The position numbers were made by a program, and so were the translations under genes. 64,000 bases of DNA, from NCBI RefSeq assembly GCF_044704955.1, contig NC_091999.1:62062001-62126000 (forward strand). Direction: 5' to 3'. The notes under the pieces are model-generated. The model worked only from the letters and a program-made list of their open reading frames with translations. It did not search any database and was not told the origin of the DNA. This document shows positions 26,269 through 38,864 of the stretch, piece after piece (the first letter of the stretch is position 1; each line of letters opens with the position of its first letter). This DNA comes from Pristiophorus japonicus. Taxonomy: Eukaryota.

Positions 26269-28177
26269 TAAGAACATAAGAACATAAAAATTAGGAACAG
26301 GAGTAGGCCATCTAGCCTCTCGAGCCTGTTCCGCCATTCAACAAGATCATGGCTGATCTGGTCGTGGACTCAGCTCCACTTACCCGCCCGCTCCCCATAA
26401 CCCTTAATTCCCTTATTGGTTAAAAATCTATCTATCTGTGAATTGAATACATTCAATGAGCTATCCTCAATTCCTCCCCTTTGCAGAGAATTCCACAGAT
26501 TCACAACTCTGTGGGAGAAGAAATTCCTTCTCAACTCAGTTTTAAATTGGCTCCCCCGTATTTTGAGGCTGTGCCCCCTAGTTCTAGTCTCCCCGACCAG
26601 TGGAAACACCCCCACTGCCTCTATCTTGTCTATGCCTTTCATTGTTTTAAATGTTTCTATCGATCACCCCTCATCCTTCTGAACTCCAACGAGTAAAGAC
26701 CCAGTCTACTCAATCTATCATCATAAGGTAACCCCCTCATCTCCTGAATCAGCCTCGTGAATCGTCTCTGTACCCCCTCCAAAGCTAGTATATACTTCCT
26801 TAAGTAAGGTGACCAAAACTGCACGCAGTACTCCAGGTGCGGCCTCACCAACACCCTTTACAGTTGCAGAAGGACCTCCCTGCTTTTGTACTCCATCCCT
26901 CTGGCAATGAAGGCCAACATTCCATTCGCGTTCCTGATTACCTGCTGCACCTGCAAACTAACATCTTGGGATCCATGGACAAGGACTCCCAGGTCCCTCT
27001 GCATCGCAGCATGTTATAATTTCTCCCCATTCAAATAATATTCCCCTTTACTGTTTTTTTTCCTCAAGGTGGATGACCTCACACTTTCCGACATTGTATT
27101 CCATCTGGCAAACCTTGCCCCATTCGCTTAACCTATCTAAATCTCTTTGCAGCCTTTCTGTGTCCTCTGCACAACCCGCTTTCCCTTTAATCTTTGTGTC
27201 ATCTGCAAATTTTGTTACACTGCACTCTATCCCCTCTTCCAGGTCATCTATGTATATTGTAAACAGTTGCAGTCCCAGCACCGATCCCTGTGGCACACCA
27301 CTAACCACTGATTTTATACACGAAAAGGACCCATTCATCGCGACTCTCTGTTTTCTGTTAGCCAGCCAATTCTCTATCCGTGCTAATACATTTCCTCTGA
27401 CTCCGCGTACCTTTATCTTCTGCAGTAACCTTTTGTGTGGGACCTTATCGAATGCCTTTTGAAAATCTAATACACCACATCCATCGGTACACCTGTATCC
27501 ACCATGCTCGTTATCTCCTCAAAGAATTCCAGTAAATTAGTTAAACATGATTACCCCTTCATGAATCCATGCTGCGTCTGCTTGATTGCACTATTCCAAT
27601 CTAGATGTCCCGCTATTTCATCCTTAATGATAGTTTCAAGCATTTTCCCCACTACAGATGTTAAACTAACCGGCCTATAGTTACCTGCCTTTTGTCTGCC
27701 CACTTGTTTAAACAGAAGTTTTACATTAGCTGCTTTCCAATCCGCTGGTACCTCCCCAGAGTCCAGAGAGTTTTGGTGGATTATAACGAATGCATCTGCT
27801 ATAACTTCCACCATCTATTATAATACCCTGGGATGCATTTCATCAGGACCAGGGGACTTGTCTACCTTGAGTCCCATTAGCCTGTCCAGCACTACCCCCC
27901 TAGTGATAGTGATTGTCTCAAGGTCCTCCCTTCCCACATTCCTTTGACCAGCAATTTATGGCATGGTTTTTGTGTCTTCCACTGTGGAGACCGAAGCAAA
28001 ATAATTGTTTAAGCTCTCAGCCATTTCCACATTTCCCATTATTAAAACTCCCTTCTCATCTTCTAAGGGACCAACTTTTACTTTAGTCACTCTTTTCCGT
28101 TTTGCATATCTGTAAAAGCTTTAATATCCGTTTTCATGTTTTGCATAATCGATCTTTCCTTTCTTTATTGCTTTCTT
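26269..28177 (-). mobile_element. CR1 LINE inserted in the IgM secretory tailpiece
   Basis: (TAAGAACA)n tail; RT motifs on the minus strand; CGTCA duplication at 26264-26268 and 28178-28182. Confidence 0.9.
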
Positions 28178-28239
28178 CGTCACTCTTGTCAATGAGAATG
28201 TCTCGATTGCATTTCAGTTCTTAAATAAAAAACAATAAA
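28178..28239 (+). pseudogene. IGHM: End of the IgM secretory tailpiece (..S-C-Q-stop) and poly(A) signals
   Basis: TCT TGT CAA TGA ending at 28195 (penultimate Cys); AATAAA at 28224 and 28234. Confidence 0.8.
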
Positions 28240-28959
28240 GGGCTTTTCTTCCAATCGTGAGATAAACACACAGCCAATCAATTAATTATGTTTCCTATTT
28301 TGGACAATGTGAGGTCTGTTTATCTGAAGTAGGGTGTTTGCGGATCTCGGTCCCAAGGCTTGTACAGCCAGCGCTCCCAGCTCAGATACAGCATGAGTTA
28401 GAAACTGGGTGGAGTTCTCTCATTACAGGATTCCTGAAGGTAACTTCAGCTGAGAGGGAGTACAGTGTCATTTTAACTCACTGTACCTCTCACACGCACC
28501 AGCGAGAGGAGAAAGGGAAACGTGTAATTCATGTAACCCCCACTGCCCCTTCCGCAGGGAGATGGGAAGTGAACCATCATCTTTTAAATGCACTAAGTTG
28601 CCATCGTACATTCTAACCCATGATCTAAAGATTGTAAACTTGCCATATGAGTATTATATTCTGAAATAACTATTTATTCCACGTAATATTTTTAAATAGG
28701 GTTGGGGATGCAACAGTCCCTGTTAATTGTAAACTAACATGTTGAATTCTAATGGGCCATGTCTCAACTGGTGACTGAATCCTCTGCGGGTTTCTCACAG
28801 TTGTGTCCCTGATGTTGCTGAAGCCCATCGGTTGAATTGTTGCATTCGTTCGGCTGATGTCACGTTGCGCCTCACACAGAACACATTTACACAGAGCAGA
28901 GGAGAATACATGTGAATATGAGTTTGTGTGTGTTCACATGTAAGTGTTTTGATGATTTT

Positions 28960-29815
28960 GTATAAGTTTGTGTTTTTGTGTAAGTGCACAATTACACATA
29001 AACACACATAGACTTACATATAAAGACATACTAACAACCTGACACATAATATTATACATAACTAGAATATAATGAAAACCTTCATTGTCAAATCCAGTTA
29101 TTGGTACTCTATGAAACTTTGAACAACAGCAATAATACACGTCAATCGAAACGTACACTAACACAATGGAAACTTATACACAGTTCCACAAACATAGACA
29201 CACATATCAATCCAGACACACACTTATAGAAAACACACTTACACACATTTACACACATATCAACACATACATCAATCCACACACACATTTACACAAAGCA
29301 CACAAACACTTACACACACATAACCACACACATCAATCCACACACACACTTACACAAAACACACAAACAGACTTACACACAGATAAATACACACGTCAAT
29401 CCACACACAGACTTGCACAAAACACACACACACTCGTAATCGAACGCATCAATCCAAATACAGATTTACACAAAACACACACATGCTTACATGCAAACAT
29501 ACTATTGCACTTATACACACGCATCAATCAAAACTCACACTTACACGAAACATACACACACAAACACACACAGACTTATACCTAAACATGAACAACATTG
29601 AGACATAACCATACACTTACAGGAAAACACACACCTCAACACACTTACACAAGCATGAACATGCATATAAATCCAAACACAGACTAACACAAAACACACA
29701 CACACACACTTACATGTAAACACAATGTTACACTAAAACTCAAACACACTTACACCTCAACATAAACAAACATTTCGACATAACCATACTTACACATTTC
29801 CACACATGAACAAAG
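28960..29815. repeat. CA-rich degenerate simple repeat
   Basis: acacacacttacac-like iterations. Confidence 0.85.
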
Positions 29816-29854
29816 CATCATGTTAAACTGAGTCGTTATTATTTTATCCATTTT

Positions 29855-31314
29855 TGTAACTGCTGATGAAGCTTCATTTAGAAATAGAAAGATCAAGGCC
29901 AAAATTATTAATCAATAACATAAAGGTATAAATTGCGTACCAGTTCTTGTCATATTTTTGTAAAGCCAAGCTCAGTAATGAATTCTGTGTGACCATGGTC
30001 TGTATAATTGTTCTCAGAGAAGTGATTCTTGCCACAGAGAGGGAGGGAGATAGAGATAACATAGAAAGTCAAAGGCAATAGATAACATGATCTATTGTAA
30101 GGCTACAACAGCTGTAAATTTTCACATCTTTTGAATGGGAGAAAAATGGTAAAAAGTAACAGCTCTTCTACTCAGAAGGCAGTACGAATCAAGCGAACAG
30201 GAGATAAGGAGTCGGCACCACGGTCAGCTCGAGAGGACGCTATGGAGAATTAGGCGGTGACTATAATTTGTTAAGTATTATTTTTGTAACAGAATGTAAT
30301 TTACTTGACAAAACACTGTTTTTACTCACTATACCTGTATTAAAAGTATTTGGTATGATCTGAACAAGAGTCTCCCAGTTTGAATTAAGTATATACCCTG
30401 GAAATAGCTGAATTGCTACAGTTAGCAAAGCGGCAAAAAGCTGCTCATTGGTTAAAAACTACATCTGGCGACCACGAAGGAACAAAACAAAGAGATATTG
30501 AACAAAATGCAATATACTCAATAATCAAGTTAATTGGGAACTCTTGTAATTTTTTCTGTCTATTTGAAAACAAGTTGTTATGTATCACCAGCAGATGCAA
30601 GGCAGAGCGTTTGATCACCGATCAAATCTTGTGTAAGGTTGATTTACGTCAACTGCTAGTGACTGTTATCTTCATTAAGGAAGCTTACTTAAAAATAATT
30701 AATTTTCAGATGCCGGAGGAATGTCTCTTGGAAGAGTATCAGAAAAATATAGAAAAAAGATGTGACGAAACGCAAGTGCAGACACCGTTGCTAGATTGCC
30801 TAGGGAAGAATCCGAATGTATCCCTTAAGGATATGGTCACTTTTATTGATGAACAGATTAAAGCTAAGTAATGGAAGCTGGGTAAGGCGATGAGTCTAGT
30901 CACCTGTGCAGCTTCGTACTTCGCAGGACGTCAATCAAAGGTCAAGAAAGAATTAGAGGATAAAATATCAGAACTGGAAAAAAAAATTCGGCTAAGAATG
31001 AAGAATTGCAGAAAATAGATTCAGACATTAAACAGAAAATTGTGAATTTGCAGAGTCAATTTGCCTCAGCTACTGCAGTAATGCAACAGCAGAGTATCAA
31101 TGCAATTCACGTAGGGGCTGCAATGTAAACAATTAGGAAATCTTGAGATTTAAAAAGAAGATCTAAGCAGAGAGAATAAACGTCTCACCAAACAATTAGA
31201 GGACTCATGGGGAACAATGATGGAGGCTTTGCATCGACCCCTTCAAGGGATAAATTATAAGGGTGCAAATAGGAGCTCAGAATTATGAAGAAGGTATTGA
31301 ACTTATAATTGCTA
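29855..31314 (+). mobile_element. LTR/ERV element 1: 5' LTR (~29855-30463), tRNA-Arg PBS, gag-like remnant
   Basis: TGTA...TACA ends; TGGCGACCACGAAGGAAC at 30466-30483 matches the vertebrate tRNA-Arg 3' end at 17/18; broken coiled-coil ORF from ~30710 (KKELEDKISELEKK); LTR start is approximate. Confidence 0.7.
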
Positions 31315-34258
31315 TGTAGCTAACACTTGCTTATGTAGGTACAGCGCAAATGTATAACGCATTGAACTGAATCCGTAACCTCTCTAATACTTAAACAGCC
31401 GGTCAGCAGTTTTTCTACGTCCCTGAGGAAGAGATAAATAAGCAAGTACAGCCACTCTAACCGTCGGATAGACTGGGGTAGAGGGAAAAATGGAACAAAG
31501 CAATGATGAGAGATGGACTGTTGCATTTACCACTCAGAGTCCGTCGGATAAGTGTCGACAAATCAATGTAATTTCGCTGATATCAATAGACCTATCGATG
31601 ATTTTGCAGGAGGATAGCTCCTTCCAAAACCTGCATAAGTTATGCTTGAAAACTGTTTTATTTCGGAGGTTCCACGACTGAACCTTCCCTTGCAATTGCT
31701 CGTAATAAAGGCCAGTTGATGCTGGGATTTCGTGTGTTCACTTCCGTGGTCCTTATACAGTGGGAGAAAGGTGAGGTTTCGATGAACTATATCAGTTAGT
31801 CCACGTCGAAGAAGAGAAGCCTCCTTTCTAAACCCAACATTTGGCGTCATGAACCGGATGCAGACCTTCCGACCTGGTTCACGTGACAGCTAAATTATAG
31901 TGAGCATGTTTTTTTACCACATGCAGCTGTAGCATTGACGGGGAAGGAGCTAATTTGGATAAAGAATTAGAAGGGGTCAGCTGCAGGACAACTTATAACG
32001 AACCACAGATGGCTGAAAACCAAGGGTGGGATAGGTATATGCCTGAAAAAGAAGGAATGCAACCGCAGGGGGAGTAGACCCCAGCGATCGTTATGGGAAA
32101 TATAAGGCGTATGTCCTGAAGCATGACGTGGTAATAACACAGTGAAGCTGGTATTGATCGTGTGCAGTGCAAACAAGAAGGAATACAACCTAAACCGTGG
32201 GGTGGGACCCCAGGATCCTAGGAAAACTGGCCAGTGGGATAAAATGCTTGCTGAGATAAATGGAAAATTAATAAAAGAAAAGAAAAATGTTGGATATCAA
32301 ATTGAATTTACAAAGGACAGTTTATATTTATCAAAAGATAGAAATTTTACCTTGAAAGCTGCAGAGAAACAAAGATGTTGAGCAAAATGGACTGGAGGAA
32401 GATCATCAAAATACAAAACCTAATTTGAAGAAACGACATTTAAATTGGCTGTGAAAAGGATATTGGTTGAAATATAAAAACTTACGAGTTAAACCTGACA
32501 ACGCTTTGTGCCGAGGAAGAGAAACAAAGATGTTTAACTATGGACTGGAGTAAGGTCATCAAAAAATTATTAAGTTCAGATTCAAAAGGGGGAAAATATC
32601 TAAGCTTTGTGAACTCAGCACAGAAAGAAAAAACTGGGAATTACAGGATTCTTAAAAAGATGGACCGGCACCGAAGTTTAGATTTTGTGCCGAGAGAAAA
32701 TAAAACACAAGATTTGCTCAGTGAACGGGACAATAAAAAAACAAAATGCTGGAATGTATATAGATTGAATGGAAATTAGATTTCTGTAAACAAAATAGCT
32801 ATTAAAATGTGTGGTCTCGCTTTAAATCAATGAAAAACTCGTTGGCACGTATTTGAATTGGATGTGTAGAGAAATTGGAGTTTAATGAGAAATTGGAGGT
32901 TAATCTAAAATGCTGCCTTTCCCGCTGAGAAGGTTTTATTTTGACCACTTTACCAATAATTTCTGCTATTTTAACGGATTCCTAATTTCTTATCAAGTTT
33001 TGAAAGCACAAAGACTTGGGGAAATATTTTCAGATGGAAACCCGAAGTCACGTAATGACGCCAGACCTTCTTACAAACCTGTAGTGGAGTTAGCCCTTTC
33101 CATTGAAAGATGTTTTATACTGGACATTATTAGTTTGGATTTCTTAATAAAAGAAAAAAGACTCACCTGACAGACAGAAGAAATGTGCGGATATTCAGAA
33201 TGAAAACAAAACTAAGAAAGCCTATGTAATAAGTCATGTTGGCCTTCATAGCGAGGGGATTTGAGTACAGGGGCAGGGAGGTGTTGTTACAATTGTACAG
33301 GGTCTTGGTGAGGCCACACCTGGAGTATTGTGTACAGTTTTGGTCTCCAAACCTGAGGAAGGACATTCTTGTATTTGAGGGAGTGCAGCGAATGTTCACC
33401 AGACTGATTCCCGGGACGGCGGGACTGACCTATCAAGAAAGACTGGATCAACTGAGCTTGTATTCACTGGAGTTCAGAAGAATGAGAGGGGACCTCATAG
33501 AAACGTTTAAAATTCTGACGGGGTTAGACAGGTTAGATGCAGGAAGAATGTTCCCAATGTTGGGGAAGTCCAGAACCAGGGGACACAGTCTAAGGATAAG
33601 GGGGAAGCCATTTAGGACCGAGATGAGGAGGAATTTCTTCACCCAGAGAGTGGTGAACCTGTGGAATTCTCGACCACAGAAAGTTGTTGAGGCCAATTCA
33701 CTAAATATATTCAAAAAGGAGTTAGATGAAGTCCTTACTACTAGGGGAATCAAAGGGTATGGTGAGAAAGCAGGAATGGGGTACTGAAGTTGCATGTTCA
33801 GCCGTGAACTCATTGAATGGCGGTGAAGGCTAGAAGGGCCGAATGGCCTACTCCTGCACCTATTTTCTATGTTTCTATGTTTCTATGCTTCTATGTTTAC
33901 TCGCCTGCTACAGAGCACAGATAGATACTTAAACACATCAAATTCAAGAGTTAGAAGCTAAGATAAATAAGCTGGCAGAGAAAAAGACAGGACCAGATGG
34001 ATAGTGCAGAGCACAGCCATAGCACCATATCCTACGGTAATAGAGATAATGTACCCCAAGGTGGGTAAGTGCAGTCCACAACCCCAACCAAACAGTCAAA
34101 CAGAGAGGGATAATGAGTTTGGAGTAGAGGTGGCCCCAGCACCTGATAATGGCTATTTATCAGTGGCACTGATACGCACGACCACCATTCGCTCCAGCGG
34201 ATGCAGAGCAGCCCACATTACCATACAGGAGGTGCCCCTCAGCCCACAGGAGACAAAT
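31315..34258 (+). mobile_element. LTR/ERV element 2: 5' LTR (~31315-31839), tRNA-Ser PBS, internal remnant with gag-like end
   Basis: TGT...ACA, AATAAA at ~31704; TGGCGTCATGAACCGGAT at 31842-31859 matches the tRNA-Ser(CGA) 3' end at 16/18; gag-like QELEAKINKL..MYPKV..LIRTTTI..EVPLSPQE at 33900-34258. Confidence 0.65.
33233..33896 (+). mobile_element. Young 5'-truncated CR1
   Basis: Open 183-aa RT C-terminus nearly identical to the copy at 17388-18040; (GTTTCTAT)n tail. Confidence 0.92.
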
Positions 34259-34507
34259 ATCGCAAACATCAGTCAAAGTTGCGACAGTGATTCAGCCTGT
34301 CTATCCCTCGAGATGTCTGAGGCATCTGTGCATGCCCGTTGGTGCGTGCAAATTTCTAGTTATGTGTGTTTGGGTCTCTGTGTCTGTCCATCTCTTTATA
34401 TGTCTCTGTGTATGTGCAACTGTCTGTGCAAATCATCACCATGAATTTGGTATGTCCTGGAACTTATAAAAATGACCTGGGGAAAATAATACGGTTGTCA
34501 ACTTTTG

Positions 34508-34765
34508 TATCGGCAATGGTTCAGTGGCCGCATTCTCGACTGAATCGGGAGTTTGTCTGTTCAAGTCGCACTTCTGAGACTTGAGCATTATCATCTTGGC
34601 TAACACTCAAGTGCAGCACTTGGGGAATTTTGCAATGTTGAAGCTGTTGACGTTCGGATGAAATGTTAAATTGAAGCTCCGTCTGCACCCTCGGGTGGAT
34701 ATGAAAGTTCCCAGTGCATTGCTCGAAAAAGAATAGGAGAGTTGCCCCCGTCTCAATATCACTAA
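34508..34765 (+). mobile_element. SacSINE1-like tRNA-derived Deu-SINE in the repeat unit (other copies at ~36465, 38425, 40377, 42987, 44880, 48402)
   Basis: tRNA-like head (tggttcagtgg...gttcaagtc.cact) followed by ttcggatgaaatgttaaa..ccgtctgcaccctc.ggtggat.tgaaag.tccca, resembling the Deu domain from memory. Confidence 0.65.
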
Positions 34766-34869
34766 AAATGTTCGTAAATGCTCACTGAAAGCCGATGTGT
34801 ATGTGTTTGTATGTGAGGTTGGGGTTGAAGCCCAGATTCTCACAGAGACAGAATGCAGGCTCTCACAGG

Positions 34870-34951
34870 ACCAGGATAGCCGAGTGGTTGAGGCGTTGGC
34901 CTTGAATTTTAATGGTTTTTTACCGCGTGGGTTCGTACCCCACTCCTGGTA
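34870..34951 (+). pseudogene. tRNA-Leu(TAA)-derived pseudogene
   Basis: ACCAGGA...TCCTGGTA acceptor stem of vertebrate Leu-TAA; anticodon stem broken, loop CTTGAAT, T-loop TTCGTAC. Confidence 0.8.
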
Positions 34952-35689
34952 TCTCTTTAATTTAACACGGATTTCCTCCCATTCTGATCAGTGAGACCGG
35001 ATTTTCATCGGTTGAATCAGCAATTTTCTGTAACAATGTGACACTCTGAACCGATGATGCAATGAAATTGTGAAATGCATCTGCGTCGCTCGTTCTCTAA
35101 CTCTCTCTCTCTCTTCAGAGAGTTGTGCATGTGTTTGTGTGTTTGAGTCTTTGTCTCTCTCAGTCTGACTATTCTGTCTGTCACTGTTTCTCTGTTTGTC
35201 TCTGTCTCTCAATCTGTCTCTTTCTCACGGTGCCAAGTCTGTTCCAATGGGATTCTCTCAGACTCTTTGTCTGACTGGCTCTCTCTTTCCCATCATTTCG
35301 GTCTGTCCATGTCTTTGCCTGTCTCTGTGAGTCCCTGCCTGTAAGCTGAAAAGTATTTCCATCATTTTCTGTTTTAGTCTCTATCGCTCTCTCTCCATCT
35401 GTCTCTCTCCTTGTAACTGTCTTTATCATTGTCTTTCTATCACTCTTTCCCTCTCTCTCTCATAATAGATCACACACACACATCTCTGTATATGGAAATG
35501 TTTGAGTCTTTTTCTCACTCAGTCTGCCTCTCCTTCTCAGTCTCACACTTTCTGTCTCTCGTTGTCTCTATCTCGCTGTCTGTCTCTCCCTGTCTGTCGG
35601 TTTGTCTCTGTCTCTCAATGTGTCTGTCGACTTCTCATGGTGCCCAGTTCTGTTCACAGTGGCTCGATTACTGCTCTGACAAAATTGGT

Positions 35690-35761
35690 TCCTCGTTAGT
35701 ATAGTGGTGAGTATCCCCGCCTGTCACGCGGGAGACCGGGGTTCAATTCCCCGACGGGGAG
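35690..35761 (+). tRNA. tRNA-Asp(GTC), probably functional
   Basis: 72 nt, differs from the canonical vertebrate tRNA-Asp only at TTCAATT vs TTCGATT; intact A/B boxes; TTTT about 22 nt downstream. Confidence 0.9.
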
Positions 35762-35980
35762 GCAGTTATTTCAAATCGTAGAATTTTACTTCTGTTTCTT
35801 GGAAGAGATTCATATTAAAAAGTTCCAGAGCAATATCGAACTGTAAAAATACAGGTGGAGGAGATTGCCTCGTCCATATTTTTAGCAAACGGAGAATTTT
35901 TCAGGAGTCTTTGGCCGTCTGCTGCACAGAGATGGATGACTTAGTTTTTTCTGAGTAACGTTTAAAAAGGCAGCAACACA

Positions 35981-36061
35981 GTAGTCGTGGCCGAGTGGTT
36001 AAGGCGATGAACGAGAAATCCATTGGGTTATCCCGCGCAGGTTCGAATCCTGCCGACTACG
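35981..36061 (+). tRNA. tRNA-Ser(AGA), mildly damaged
   Basis: GTAGTCG...CGACTACG with intact D and T arms; anticodon arm ATGAA CGAGAAA TCCAT (U33>G and one stem mismatch). Confidence 0.75.
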
Positions 36062-36825
36062 ATTCTCAGCATTTTTCATTCCATTTCACAATTTCACCGG
36101 TTCTCTGCCAAACTGATCCTGAGATAGATGGAATAACGTCCCACAGCTTTCAACACTGACATTTTTTTCTCATTTTTATTAATCTGCAATATTCACGATA
36201 CATCCGTTTCAGAAATCGCAAACATCAGTCAAAGTTGCGACAGTGATTCAGCCTGTCTATCCCTCGAGATGACGAAGGCATCTGTGCATGCCCGTTGGTG
36301 CGTGCAAATTGTTGGTTATGTGTGTGTGTGTCTCTGTGTCTGTCTGTCTCTATATATGTCGCTGTGTATGTGCACCTGTCTGTGGAAATCCTCACCATGA
36401 ATTTGGTATGTCCTGGAACTTATAAAACAGACTTGGGGGAAATTATAAAGTTGTGAACTTTTGTATCGGCTTTGTTTCAGTGGCAGCATTCTCGACTGAA
36501 TCGGGAGTTTGTGTGTTCAAGTCGCACTTCTGAGACTTGAGCATTATCATCTTGGCTAACACTCAAGTGCAGCACTTGGGGAATTTTGCAATGTTGAAGC
36601 TGTTGACTTTCGGATGAAATGTTAAATTGAAGCTCCGTCTGCACCCACGGGTGGATATGAAAGTTCCCAGTGCATTACTCGAAAAAGAATAGGAGAGTTG
36701 CCCCCGTCTCAATATCACTAAAAATGTTCGTAAATGCTCACTGAAAGCCGATGTGTATGTTTTTGTATGTGGGGTTGGAGTTGAAGCCCAGATTCTCACA
36801 GAGACAGAGTGCAGGCTCGCCCAGG

Positions 36826-36907
36826 ACCAGGATAGCCAAGTGGTTGAGGCGTTGGCCTTGAATTTTAAAGGTTTTTTACCGCGTGGGTTCGTACCCCACT
36901 CCTGGTA
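36826..36907 (+). pseudogene. tRNA-Leu-derived pseudogene
   Basis: Near copy of 34870-34951. Confidence 0.8.
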
Positions 36908-37658
36908 TCTCTTTAATTTAACACGGATTTCCTCCCATTCTGATCAGTGAGACCGGATTTTCATCGGTTGAATCAGCAATTATCTGTAACAATGTGACAC
37001 TCTGAACCGATAATGAAATGAAATTTTGAAATGCATCTGCGTCGCTCGGTCTCGACCTCTCTCTCTCTCTTCAGAGATTTGTGTATGTGTTTATATTTTT
37101 GAGTCTTTGTCTCTCTCAGTCTGACTCACTCTGTCTGTCCCTGTTTCTCTGTTTGTCTCTGTCTCTCAATCTGTCTCTTTCTCACGGTGCCACGTCTGTT
37201 CCAATGGGATTCTCTCAGACTCTTTGTCTGACTGGCTCTCTCTCTCCCATCATTTCGGTCTGTCCATGTCTTTGCCTGTCTCTGTTAGTCCCTGCCTGTA
37301 AGCTGAGAAGTATTTCCATCATTTTCTGTTTAAGTCTCTATCGCTCTCTCTCCATCTGTCTCTCTCCTTGTAACTGTCTTTATCATTGTCTTTCGATCAC
37401 TCTTTCCCTCTCTCTCTCTTAATAGATCAAACACACACACATCTCTGTATATGTATACGTTTGAGTCTTTTTCTCACTCAGTCTGCCTCTCCTTCTCAGT
37501 CTCACACTTTCTGTCTCTCGTTGTCTCTATCTCGCTGTCTGTCTCTCCCTGTTTGTCGGTTTGTCTCTGTCTCTCAATGTGTCTGTCGACTTCTCATGGT
37601 GTCCAGTTCTGTTCACAGTGGCTCGATTACTGCTCTGACAGAATTGGTACACGTCAGT

Positions 37659-37720
37659 TCCTCGTTTGTATAGTGGTGAGTATCCATGCGGGTGACAGGG
37701 GTTCAATTCCCGACGGGGAG
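37659..37720 (+). pseudogene. tRNA-Asp pseudogene (anticodon deleted)
   Basis: tcctcgtttgtatagtggtgagtatcc[deletion]atgcggg...cgacggggag. Confidence 0.85.
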
Positions 37721-37939
37721 GCAGTTGTTTCAAATCGTCGAATTTTACTTCTGTTTCTTGGAAGAGATTCATATTAAAAAGTTCCAGAGCTGTATCGAAC
37801 TGTAAAAATACAGATAGAGGAGATTGCCTCGACCAGATTTTTAGCAAACGGAGTTTTTTTCAGGAGTCTTTGGCCGTCTGCTGCAGAGAGATGGATGACT
37901 GAGTTTTTTCTGAGTAACGTTAAAAAAGGCAGCAACACA

Positions 37940-38020
37940 GTAGTCGTGGCCGAGTGGTTAAGGCGATGGACTAGAAATCCATTGGGTTATACCGCATTGG
38001 TTCGAATCCTACCGACTACG
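37940..38020 (+). tRNA. tRNA-Ser(AGA), T-stem mismatches (possible pseudogene)
   Basis: Intact anticodon arm ATGGA CTAGAAA TCCAT; T stem ATTGG/CCTAC mispaired. Confidence 0.7.
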
Positions 38021-38781
38021 ATTCTCAGTATTTTTCATTCCATTTCACAATTTAACCCGTTCTCTGCCAAACTGATCCTGAGATAGATGGAATAACGTCC
38101 CACAGCTTTCAACACTGACATTTTTTTCTCATTTTTATTAATCTGCAATATTCACGATACTTCCGGATAAGAAAATGGAAAAATCAGTCAAATTTGCGAC
38201 AGTGATTCAGCCTGTCTATCCCTCGAGATGACGAAGGCATCTGTGCATGCCCGTTGGTGCGTGTAAATTTTTAGTTATGTATGTGTGTGTGTCTCTTTGT
38301 CTGTCTATCTCTATATCTGTCTCTGTGTATGTGCAACTGTCTGTGCAAATCATCACCATGAATTTGGCAAGTCCTGGAGCTTATAAAAAAGACTTAGGGA
38401 AAATAATACGGTTGTGATATTTTGTATCGGCTTTGATTCAGTGGCAGCATTCCCGACTGAATCTGGAGTTTGTGTGTTCAAGTCGCACACCTGAGACTTG
38501 AGCATATAATCTTGGCTAACACTCCAGTGCACCAAGTGGGTAATTTTGCATTGTTGAAGCTTTCACTTTCGGATGAAATGTTAAAGTGAAGCTCTGTACC
38601 CTCGGGTGGATATGAAAAGTCCCAGAGCATTATTCGAAAAAGAATAGGAGAGTTGCCCCCATGTCAATATTACTAAAAATGTTCGTAAATGCTCACTGAA
38701 AGCTGATATGTCTGTTTTTTATATGTGTGGTTGGGGTTGAAGCCCAGTTTCTCACAGAGACAGAATCGAGGTTTTCACAGA

Positions 38782-38864
38782 AACAGGATAGCCGAGTGGT
38801 TAAGGTGTAGGCCTTAAAATTTAATGGGTTTTTTCCCGCGTGGGTTCGTACCCCACTCATGTTA
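38782..38864 (+). pseudogene. tRNA-Leu(TAA) pseudogene
   Basis: Loop CTTAAAA retains TAA; stems damaged. Confidence 0.75.

Noticed and set aside
28410-28445. Pyrimidine tract + CAG...GGTAAC as a candidate IgM transmembrane exon
   Set aside because: Too short, with no hydrophobic CART-motif coding sequence
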